The position numbers and the translations under genes are program-made. DNA of 64,000 nucleotides from Camelus dromedarius (lineage: Eukaryota). The stretch is from assembly GCF_036321535.1 (NCBI RefSeq), contig NC_087437.1, positions 21,020,001 through 21,084,000 on the forward strand, in the 5' to 3' direction. Below, one piece after another: positions 10,401-22,400 of the stretch; position 1 is the stretch's first letter, and each line of letters opens with the position of its first letter. The notes under the pieces are model-generated. The model saw only the letters and a list, made by a program, of their open reading frames with translations, was not told the origin of the DNA and searched no databases.

Positions 10401-13400
10401 CCACATAACTAATTGGCCATAAGTCAGCTTTGCTGTGAAAGATAAAATAACTTGATAGTTTTTTCAACTGGTTGAAATGCATTAGCATTTCTTCCAGTTA
10501 GCAATGTTATTGATAGCTTTATCAAGCCGACAGATGACATGATTTGCCCAAAGAGTTGGTTTCTTATTTTGAAACACATCACATTGAAGGAAGAAGAGTC
10601 TGAGGGCCTCGAAAGCATGGAATAGAACCCACGTTTCCCATAGGACTTTGTAATATCTATCAACAGATGTGCAGCAGCATGCCAAGAACAAACAACAACG
10701 TGGAGGCTTTCCTAGTGCAATACAAAACTCAGATACAAATATGCATTAGTGTTTGGAAACTGATACCTCTCTTAACAAAGAAAGAAATTTTAGCAAAATG
10801 CAACGCCAAACAAGGAGACGAATCAACAAGCAAACACACACACACACACACACACACCTGTATAAAATACTGTGAATGAAAGACTTGAAAGACAGAGTGC
10901 TTTGGTACAACTCACAAAATAAAAGCAGTTATTTGCACAGTATTGCCATGAATCTACACACATTTTAAATGTATTCAGATATTTTGTATTTTGCAACAGT
11001 CTTTAATTTTGTTATTCATTTTTCATATTTTATGTTTGTGTCTCTGTTTTATCTTTTATGACAAATTGCCATATGACCAATTAGTTATGCAGTGAAATGT
11101 TTGTGGCAAAAATGCTTAAGGCAAAGATGTCTATGACAAGGATGCTTATGGCGAAAGTATCCAGAACTGTAAAATTAATGCTATAACACAAGGCATAGTG
11201 ATTTGAAGCTATTTGGTCCTGCGTGTTCTCTTAAATATTGTTTGCAAAAAATAAAGCCACTTTTAAATTTTCAGGATTGATTTGTGGAACAATGGAAACC
11301 TGGTCCAAGATGTTTTCCTAGGTGAGATTAAGGTTCCTGTGAACGTATTAAGAAATGATTCCTCTCATCAAGCCTGGTAAGAAGACAGACATTGTAGTGA
11401 ACTACATAGTAGATCATGCCCTTTAATGTACTATATATGCAAATAAATGCCTACCATGTGCATATTTTAAATTTTTAATGGAATAAGCCCAAAGTCATTA
11501 ACATTAATTGATTTGGTCCCTAATTTATTGCTGCTAAAGAATAGGTACAATTATATGAGTTTTATGATTTGTCCTCTGGTACTGCGTTGAAAGAGCTGAA
11601 TTGTTTAGAAATATTTTTCTCTTCAAAAACTTAATCTTAACTCTAAAGAAAAAATGGAGACCATTTAAAACAGTACATAAGAGCTGCCCATGTGAGAGGG
11701 TGCTTGGTCACAAACCAACTCTGCAGCTCAGAAGCTTTTTTAATGGTCATGGGAACTGTGGATGTTTGAAAGCAAAGGGTTTATTGTAGAGATTCGGCTG
11801 TTTATGGGATCTGGCCAGTGATTCCCCTCCCCTACATCCCTGCAGCTGAAATGCGCTGTGGATGGCCCTGACGTTAGTTTCTGAATGTCTAGGATCTACG
11901 TGTTGTTAAGCTGATTTAGTTAATAGATTTTTCAGGAGCTCTGGTGGCTCAGTATTGGCTCCAATAGTATTCTACCTTTTCATGACTTCTAGGTGACATT
12001 AAACTCATGTTAAATTAGTGTTCAAGACATTAAGCTGACGTTAGTTTCCGTAGCAGAATCAACGTGAAACTATTGTTTTTTCCTATCTGCACCACTTAAA
12101 AGCATGTATATCCTGTCCCTTCCAGTAGGTTGCCAGCAGCCCTCATGCTAGACTTGGGTTTCAACTGAATATAAAACAACATGCCTTTCTCATTTGCCTT
12201 TTAAGGCCCACTTTTTAAAACTCAGTTTCAGTCGCCCGGAAGAGAAGTTGAAACTGAGTGTTTAGATGTTTCTCACTGTGGGCAGCAGGCTCCTTTGTCT
12301 TTAAGAGCCTGCCTCTCCTGACGGGGCGGGCCATCAGGCGTTCTTCAGTTTGAACTCTGTTGTCTTCAGGCCATTCCCCTGAGAGACTGATATTTAGACT
12401 CTCAAAGTTTTTTATTTTATTTTTTACCTCTTGCTAATGCAGGTCTAAGATTTAGTGGTCTTTATGGTGGTATTTTATATGCTGTAATTTCCAAAATATT
12501 TCCATAGATAGGGAAAAAATTTAACTTTGTCACTGTGAAAAATTGATGAACATTTGAAGCTTGTCATCTTCCTCCCATCCCCACCCCCAGTCTTCTTCCA
12601 CTTTCCATAAAGTAGCATACATTTTAAAATGAAAATTTCTGAACTTAATTCAGTAAGTCTTTAAAATTATACGCCATGCTACTCGTTACAAAATAAAATG
12701 TGAGTTGCTGTGGACTTGGGCCCCTTAAAGTGGACTTGAAATGTGCCACACAGCCTGTATTTTAAGTAAGACCATTTCCAGACAGGCCCTCCAAATCTGG
12801 CAAAACTTTGTTGAGCTACCTTGGCAGGATGTAAGAACACTGACAAACAGAAATTAACTTTATTCCTATAGTTTTTTTTGCCAGTAATATTTTAAAAGTA
12901 ACCTGCCAACAGTATAAGTGCTAAAATTTATACAGCACGAAATGGGAGCAGCTGCTAATTACTTTATACTTCCCTACTTGTAAGGAAATAGAAAAATGTG
13001 TGTCATTTCCTTTTAAGTCAAGTTAAAACGCTTAGCCTCCTTTGTCATTTGTGGAACTGCAGCATCCCCTTGTGGGGTTGATAGTAACTACATGAAAACT
13101 CAAGAAAAGCTTTACCTTCAGAATTTCAGATATTCTTTCTAATCTTAATATTATGAGAGTTAGAATAATGTAATGTAATTCTGTTGTTTTGAAAGCCTCA
13201 ATTTGCTTTCCTTTTTCACAGAATTTCCCCTTGGTATTTGTCTATTAGAGTCTTTTCCTAAAAACTGATTTTGATGGTTCCAATTTAATTTCATTCTCGA
13301 ATTATGACATGATTCAATTACTTTCCCTTTCCTTTCTTGGCTAGTCAGTTCCTTAGTAATGATATGTATTCTTTATTCTGAAACATCTGTCAGATGTTAG

Positions 13401-16400
13401 GATTAGCTTGTTAGTGTTGATATTTGCTAGTTTTAACTTTAACATGTAGATAATAGCTGATTTGATTTTTTGAATAGGTAATATATTCACATGGTTTACA
13501 GTTCAAAAGGTAAAAATCTATTTCCTGCCCCTGACCCTGAGTTTCCCTTTTCTGAGGCAGCAGGTTTGAGTTTCTGAAAATATTTTATGTGAATACAGAC
13601 AAATACATACATGTCCTTCTTTCCCTTTCTCTCTTTTTTTTTTTAATTGAAATACCATCAGTTACAATGTGTCGATCTCTGGTGTACAGCACAATGTCCC
13701 ATGCATATACATACATATATTCATTTTCACATTTTTTTCCATTATCCCCTTCTTTACACAATGGACACATATTGTATCATGTTATGCACTATACTTTTTT
13801 TCACTTAGGAGTTTAGCAGAACTTCAATAAATATTTGTTGACTTTTTATAGTGGTTAAGAGTATGGACACTAGAACCAAACTGCCTTGGTTCAGATCCCA
13901 TTTCTGTCGTTGACTACCTGGGTGACCCTGGACAAGTTACTCCACCTGAATGCCTTTGCTTTCTTTGGCTGTTAAATGGAGATAATACGGATAGTACCGG
14001 ACTCCCAAAGTGGTCAGAAGATGAAGTGGCTTCACACAGAGAAAGCACAGGGGCTGTGACCTTGAGTATTACTCGTGCTCTTGTTGTTGTAGCTATTGCT
14101 GCTGTCATCACCATTATTCCACGCCAGTACATATAGGATTTCTGCTGCTTTTTTTCCCCCTTTGTACCAGTAGTCCATTGGTTTGGGATGTTACAAAGAG
14201 AACCTTAGTGATAATCTAGTTGAATCTCATTTCGCTAGTTAGTTACCTCAATGTCAGAGAACTTAATGTATGCAAAACCTTTGTGTGATTGTACAAATCA
14301 GTGCAGTAATTTCCCCCAAATGATCCAAAGTGGACATTAAGGAAGTAGATACAAACATCTTTTCATGTTGTAAGTTTTAAGTTTGAAAGTAAGATTCAAA
14401 TAGTAAATAAAACATGGAGTTTTATTCAACATAAACGCTTTATACAAATTTAAAACTAGATTAATATTTACTGGAGATGAGTTGGTTTTCTGGTTTGCTA
14501 ATTTTGGCACCTATCTTTAATCTCCTGTCTTCAGTAAGAATTGATAATGGTTCTATTTCTGGAACCAGAAATAACATTCAAGTATTAGTAGAGCTGCCTC
14601 TGAACAATTACTTCCCAGCTTAGGCAGCATGATTCACAAATAGTTGTAGTTTTCCCCTGCCTAGCTCAATTTTAATTATTTAAATCTTGTTAAAATTTTC
14701 CCAGTGCTGATTTTTTCTTTCTATTAAGGGGCTGTCAAAACTGCTGAATATTGAGAGCATTAGGATTGTTTTTATGCTGCTCTGTGAATGAAAAAAATAC
14801 GTGTGAGCAACTAAATGCCACCTCCAGTTAGTGACTTCTCTTTATTTCCTGTTTCTTATTCTTTCAAACTGAAACACTTCATTCAGAAACTGAAGAAAAT
14901 ATATTTGAGATGTTTTTGTTTTGCATCCTTAGACCTCAGGCACACCAGATATTCTCTGTTTAACAAATCTTGAGGTTTTTCTCTTTAACTCTAATTAAAA
15001 CAGGATTACTTAATTCACAAGGGATCGTTCAGATGGTTCAAACTGAACCTTTTGTAACAGTGTTTTAAAAGAATAAATCACATTTATATAGTTATATAAG
15101 TAACTACATTTATCATTATTTAATATATTTAAGTGGTAATAGTTAGTGTATATAAATATTTTATAAATAACATTTACTGTGTACCAGGCACTATTCTAAG
15201 TGCTTTGCTTATATAACCTCCTTAGGATTGTTGTAAGAATTAAATCAGTTAGACACCATTATTACCACTTATTTAGCAGATAAGGAAACAGGCACAGAGA
15301 GAGTAAGTAATTTGCCCAAGATCACACAGCTGGGATTTGGACCAAACTCTTTGACTCCAAAGTTTGTGCTCTTAGCCAATGTACTACAGTAAATTTGTAC
15401 TTTGGCATAAATACTTTTGAATATGTTTAAAACTCAGAAATACTTTGTTTTAAGCTGTAAAAAATTTGAGTGCCCCTTGCTTATAAAATATTATTAAAAA
15501 GAAAATCAAGGGGGAGAAAGGTACAGCTCAGTGGTAGAGCGCATGCATGCACAAGGTCCTGGGTTCATTCCCTAGAACCTCCATTAAAAATAAGCAAACA
15601 CACCTAATTACCACCCCTCCTCAAAAAAGAAAACCAAGCGAGTGGTCCTTTCTCATTTAAAAAAAAAAAATGACCTTTTCAGGGAATGGGTAGGACAATG
15701 ACATATTTTGAAATGCTATATTTTGTTCAAGTATGCATGGATGAGATATTTTGTTCGTAGGGATTTCTTATCCTGCCAAAGAAGCCCAAGGAGACAAGTT
15801 TAAAAAGAGTGGCTGGCACAAGCCCTGCTGGAGTTTCTGAGCATCCTGAAACAGTGTATGCATAAAAATTAATAACTGGTACAGCACGGCCTTAATCCCT
15901 CTGTGTAGAATGTGCATGTAGGACTGTAGGCCTATTTTGTGTGTGTTTGTAGTTTTATAACAGTACCAGAGGGCCAAGGCATGCTCCTTCCCCCCCAGTA
16001 ATTTAGAGATAAGGGAATTAAAGATGCCCTCTGAGTATAATTTCTAACGAACAAACCCAGACAGGGTCTGTAAGTCTGACTGGAGCATGGGGACACTATT
16101 TAAGGTGGGTACGTGCAGCCCCCAGGAGCCAGAACCAGGTTGTAACTGTGATACAGTTAATTTTATTCTACCATATATGGAAAGCACCAGTTAAAATAAA
16201 AGGGGCAGATTAATCTAGAACAATAAAAAAGGACCCCAGAGGCAAACATGGGTGGGTAAGGCCCATTGAAGCACCGTCAGGGGGGTAAGGGGACTCTGCT
16301 CTAGAAGCATTATCCTTTCCTTGGAGAAACTATTGTCTTAGCTGAGAGATTCTTACGACCACTTAAATCTCTGTTGTGTCTCTGAACTCACCACAGCACT

Positions 16401-19400
16401 TTCTGATAATTTGGCTTTCCGAATAGCTTACCAACAGGTAAAAAATATATTGATCAAACATAAAAACTTAAGTATTAACAGGTTTAAAAAAAAAAAGTAT
16501 TTGTTGAAGTGAGAGATGTAGATGAAACACTGTGGGAAATGGTGATAACTGTTCAAGCCGAGTGATGAGTGCATGGGGTGATGGTGAGGGTGTTCCTTAC
16601 TAATGTTATCACTCTTCTTCCTACTTTTGTGAATGAACATTTTCATAATAAAATGTGTCAGGGACAAAAAAATGCAGGTATCTTTGCCACTTGACTGTTG
16701 TGGTCTTCCCTCAGTATCCATGGGGGATTGGTTCCAAGATCCGCACATTTCAAACCCATGTTGTTCAAGGGTCAGCTGCATTTCTTTTCATAAACTTAGT
16801 CATTGGCTTTCTACTGTAAGTATGCTAGTGTCTGTGCTCAGTCATTTCAGTTCAGGCTCACTTTTCGATGTGCTGATGGCATTAGGTATCAGAATTTGCA
16901 AGGCTATGGAACATATACCTCCTTGTGGGAAACTGACCAAAATAGTGCCCACGTCAGGATGCTTGGTGATCAGCCAGCTAGACTTCCCTTGGAGGCACTC
17001 CAGAGTCACCTTTGCTAACAGGCTTATTTCCTATTATTTCCAGAGGCAAATTCTTTAAATCATTATTCCTTAAATCAGAGAGTAGAAGTTCTGAAGGGTT
17101 TGTCTTCCGAGATGAAATTCCTCTTTTGTGGGTAGTGATATAATATCTGTATAATTTCTTCTCCTTGTATTACAAATTTTGCTTGGTTAATTCTCTAGTT
17201 CTCTTTTATGTCTTTATCGTCTTTCTCAAAGCTAATATTCTATTAAAACCTCCTCCCTTCTATTTTTAAATAAGTTAGTCTATTAGGGGAGGATATAAGT
17301 GATAAATACCAAAATTAAACATCAGTATGCACAGCCCCCTTGGGCCATCCCACTCAAACCCCGAGCTGCAGGTACCTCTGTAACCCTGCAGCCACTGCTG
17401 GCCCCGTAATACCCATGTGTAGCCCTGGACCCCAACCCCAGTCCTGCCACCCCTCCATTTTTTATATTGAAGAGATCTCTCTAATAAATCAGGTAATAAG
17501 AAAAAAAGCAAACATCGAAACTCCTGACTCCTTTATAAAAAGCATTCCAGCTAATGAGTAGAGGAGGAATGATAGAAATAGTTATCATTTTGCAACTTGT
17601 GCAGATTACTGACTCTAGGCAGTGATCATCAGTGATTGCTAATACCACAAAAAGAGAAACGATCAGACATCAGTGCCTCTTGATGGAGCTACACAACACT
17701 GTCAATGAAGTGTTCTTGCCAGAATCCCAAACTTGAGTTTAACCAAGCCCTTAGATCTAACTCCAATATACAGGAAGTACAGAGGAAACAAAAGAGCATG
17801 TTAAATGACATCATGGAGATAGAGTTAACACAGTCCCAAATGTGGAAAATTTTATAGATAAATCACCTGATTTATTAGTGGTTAGAGGGAATCTGTAGAT
17901 TAAAAGAAACTTTAACTATCAACCATGTTTACAATCTGTGAACCCTGGATTTGAATAGACTGTAGAAAACTGTTTACAAGTTTGGGAGAAGTTGACTACT
18001 GACTGGATAATGATGATGTTTAAAAGTTTAGCTGTTTATGTAGTTACAGTTATATATACTGAAATATTTATAGATGAAATTTTAAAACCCCTGGAAAATG
18101 CTTTAAAATAACGCAGGAGTGGAATGGGAGGAGTGAGTAGAGATATGGCTAAAGCAAGAATAGCATTGAGTTGGGAATTACTGACGCTAGGTGATGGGTG
18201 CATGAGAGTTCAGTATTTACTCTTTTTACTTTTTATGTATTTTTAAATTTCCATTAAAAAATCTTTAAAAATAACAGATTTCTGGTTTTGGTCCTACAGA
18301 TGTTTCTCTTAATTCGTAAACATTTCTCTATCCTTGGATATTTAAAGCTGCCTCTGTTTTTACATATACATTGTTTACTTTTTACTTACCTGAAAAAGTT
18401 CGTGTAAATCTGATTTTTGCAAATAAAAACATTTTCAGTATAGTTGTACTGTTAATCCTTTAATAATATGAAAGTCTCTTATAAACTTTCAACCCTAACT
18501 TTTAAAATAGAAGTTCAAATTTTTACAACATAGGATTTACTTTAACACAAGATCACTTATGCTTTCTTTCTTAAATTTAGTTGGTAAAAATTATTTTTGA
18601 TAATATGTTGGATTTTAAATGTTTTACTTTTTGTTTTTTTCCCTAACCTGCAAGCTAATCAAACTCTTACTCAGCCCTTTTGAGATCTTGCTTTTTGTAT
18701 TATCTGTACATTTTGTTTCCTGGATAGAAATCTATTTATAGCTTTCTAGTTCAATACGCAACCAACATGAAGCCTCTGAAGACTCATACCCTGCTACTTA
18801 TGAATTGTCCTAATGTTAAATATTAAGTTGACTTTTTTAATTTAGTTTTTTTATAGCTTAGCTGTTTACCTCACCAGCATGAATATCCATTACCATCGCA
18901 TAGAATTGACTGTGTTTTTACTTTAGGTATTTGTTACAACCAAGAGACAATGGAAACAAGTCATCTAAAACTGATGACCTGGGGTCCCTTCGATTAAATA
19001 TATGTTATACAGAAGACTACGTGCTTCCTTCAGAGTACTATGGTCCTTTGAAAACTTTGCTGCTAAAATCACCAGATGTTCAGGTACTTAAAAAATCTTA
19101 AAGCTTGTGATTTAATAGGAAAAAGCTAAAGTAATTCTGTAAATGATGAGGAAAAGATTTCAGAGTATCAAGGTTTTTTTTTTTTTTTTTTTTCAGTTTT
19201 TATCTGAACCAGAGTATATATACCAATATGTGCACCAAATTTCATCTCTGATAAAAATTTAGAAAATTAAATATTATTCTATACAACAGTTACAGTTAAT
19301 GAATATATTTGAATTACTTTTACAAGCTAGTGATTGAATATATATTTAATCATGCTTCCTTGATTTTCTGCTTGTTCTCTACCTTTCTGTGTTCTAGCCG

Positions 19401-22400
19401 ATATCTGCCTCAGCTGCTTACATTTTGGGTGAAATATGTCGAGATAAAAATGACGCTGTTTTGCCCCTTGTACGACTGCTGCTCCACCATGATAAACTTG
19501 TTCCTTTTGCTACTGCAGTGGCTGAATTAGACTTGAAGGATACACAGTAAGAGTTACATTTTATTAAAAGTTAATTATGTGCTGTTGAAATTGGACCATA
19601 ATTCTCCAAATTGTTTTTGTGATCTCCATTCTTCTGTATTGACCAGCCTTACTCAATAGAAGTCTGAAAAGCACTGCTTAGCAAGTAATAAAAGGCAGTT
19701 CTTTTAAGTTAGCAGTTGTCCACCAACAGAATTAACAATTAATGCATGATTTTTTTTTTTTTACTCATTTGTCAAAATTTCCTGTTTCTCATCTTAAATG
19801 ATTCACTTGTCACAAATAAAACACCAGGACAGAAGCTTTTTTTCCCGTTATTTGCTGTGTAGCACCCTAACATGCACACGTGTGACAGAAAGAGCAATTG
19901 GATGGCTTCCCATTGCTGTCATAATTTAACACTGTTGTTTTAGACATACACACTCTACTTTTGTAATTCAAATACAGTTTGCTTTTTATTGTTAACTTAT
20001 TTTTGTATATTTTGGATAAGTGGTTTTAGTAAGTTTGAAAATCCTAATTGTAGCAAGCTTTTGAATGGTTGGTAAGAATTACTAAGATTGTGTACATGAC
20101 TAAAGTCAAATCTCTTGTTATTGATTTTACAGCCTTTGATTATTACACTTGGTTTCACCTTATTTCTGTTTGTATTTCAGAGATGCAAACACAATTTTTA
20201 GAGGAAATTCCTTGGCCACCCGATGTCTGGATGAGATGATGAAAATAGTGGGAGGGCACTACCTGAAAGTAACATTAAAACCTATTCTAGATGAGGTACA
20301 GAACGCACCTCCAATAAGAATAGTTTGGCCTTATCATAGCATCTCTTCCATCAAGTGATCTACTGATGCGAATACTGTGTCCACTCATATATTACTGAAT
20401 GAATGAGGCTGAACACTTCAGAAATAAAATAAATGATTTATTCTTCCATCAGTGGATTTTTACTTGAAGGGCACATTGCAGTATATACTCTACATAATTA
20501 TTTCTTTGTTATCCGATTTATTTTAGATAGAGTTTTAAATATATGAAAAATACTTTTTGATAAGTTCTTTAGGTATATTGTATACACTATCTCTAGATGG
20601 GGGTTTTAAACTTTGTTACAGTTTTAATTTTTATAATTGTACGATCAGAAAAAATAATTATTTTCATTTTGCCAAATTATTTAGAAAAGAGCTTTAAAGG
20701 AAAAATTAATCTTTTTTCCAGATATGTGAATCCTCAAAACCCTGTGAAATTGATCCTATTAAATTGAAAGAGGGAGATAATGTAGAAAATAATAAGGTAA
20801 GTCTTTGCTGTCTTTGTAACTGCATTAAAATTGGTCTTAATGGTACCGCTGTCTCCCACTTACTCTGTTGTAGCAATGCTGGGGGGTGGGGTGAGCAGTG
20901 CCTTTTACTTACATAAGGCCCATACTGTTAGCAGCATTTCCTGTGTCTAGTTTTTAGAATGTTACTTCCCTGATTTCTCTTTGGGTCGTTTTATTGTCTG
21001 CTTCTTATGAAGTTTATGCCGTCCATTCACCTCTTACATCTAACTCATCTAAATCTGATTTATTAAATGAGGTCAGGATGCAATCTGTCCTTCAACTGAA
21101 TGAGTTCAGAGAAGGGAAGCAAGGTCTCAGAATACTAGATAGTGACTGCCTAATATGTCTCATTTTTGTTGCATTTTTTTCCCATAAAGGCTACTGAAGA
21201 TGTGTAAAAGTCAGTATCTTAGCGTTTACCTTTTTTAATCCTACAGGAGAATCTGCGCTACTATGTAGACAAGTTATTCAGTACAATTGTAAAATCAAGT
21301 ATGAGCTGCCCCACTGTAATGTGTGATATCTTTTATTCTCTAAGGCAAATGGCTACTCAAAGATTTCCTAGTAAGTGCCTTGTTTTACTAAAATACACCA
21401 TTTCTTCTTCTATATTTGATTTTTTTATAGATTTATCATGTATTTGGTTTATGAGAAATGTTTAAGGTTTGTAAGTACAGTCTTCTTTTGTTGTTCAAAA
21501 TAGTGCTAGCTTTTTAATGAAACATCTGATTTAATTTTCTTATAATCTCAAAACATAAAACTGTTTTATTTCAATATAATGGCAACTTTATACAAGCAAA
21601 TCAAAACCACCATTAGTTTTAAGAAAGGCAGAAATTGAGAACTATAACATTATATAAGTACACATTTATACCTGGTGCTTATGAGACTGTTAAATATGAT
21701 AAACCAGAATACCTTTGTTATTTGTACCAACTACTTTTTCCACTTACATGCATTCAAATAGTGAGAATGCTTAGTTCCATACAACTGACGAGATTTGACA
21801 GTTTTGAGAATGCTAAGGTTTTAGTGGTGAGAGGTTTTTGCAGAAATGGTTTTAGACATTAGAAACTTCTCTGTTGCAATATACCTCAAAATACAGGATT
21901 TTGAGGCCCACATATCAATAACTGGCATGCTTTAACATTGCAAGAGCAGCTGTGTCAAGGCTTTGCTTAGAAACATTTCATAAAATTAACAGTTGCTATC
22001 TCTGATTGTCAATACTTGGAATTATTCTAACTATATGCATCTCTGATAAGTAAATAAACTTACTATGGCTGTCTTTCCAGATCTGCCTGTAATAGGGGGG
22101 AGGGTGAGGAGGTAAGGCAGCTACTTAAATTATCAGTCTTACCCAGCTATGTGAAACCGTAAGTTTATTTCTGTAACCATCTGAAGAGATTTTATGATTT
22201 TATCATATTCATTTGAGTATGTGTGTGCACACAGGTGTGTGCAGTTATCTGCCCCTCCACTAAATTTACCCAAAGCTCAAGTGGGGCTGAGTTTACTAAT
22301 TATAGTAAAGCTGTAAACGGTTAACTTGTAATAAGTATACTAAATCTAGACTAGGTAACAAAAATAAGGGGAACAGAGATATTAACATATGAAAGGATGA

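Noticed and set aside
10366..10425. Regular 15-bp periodic repeats (CRISPR-like at a glance)
   Set aside because: No spacers, eukaryotic context, and mirrored at 11071-11160; they are TIR subrepeats of a DNA transposon.
15511..15580. tRNA-like sequences (also 24195-24274, 26601-26675, 57415-57490)
   Set aside because: These are SINE heads with tails and TSDs, not intact tRNA genes.
21244..21249. NAGNAG acceptor CAG GAG at exon 14 (and AGAG at exons 12, 22, 23)
   Set aside because: GAG is a disfavoured acceptor and the +2 AG shifts would frameshift; no sequence evidence of use.
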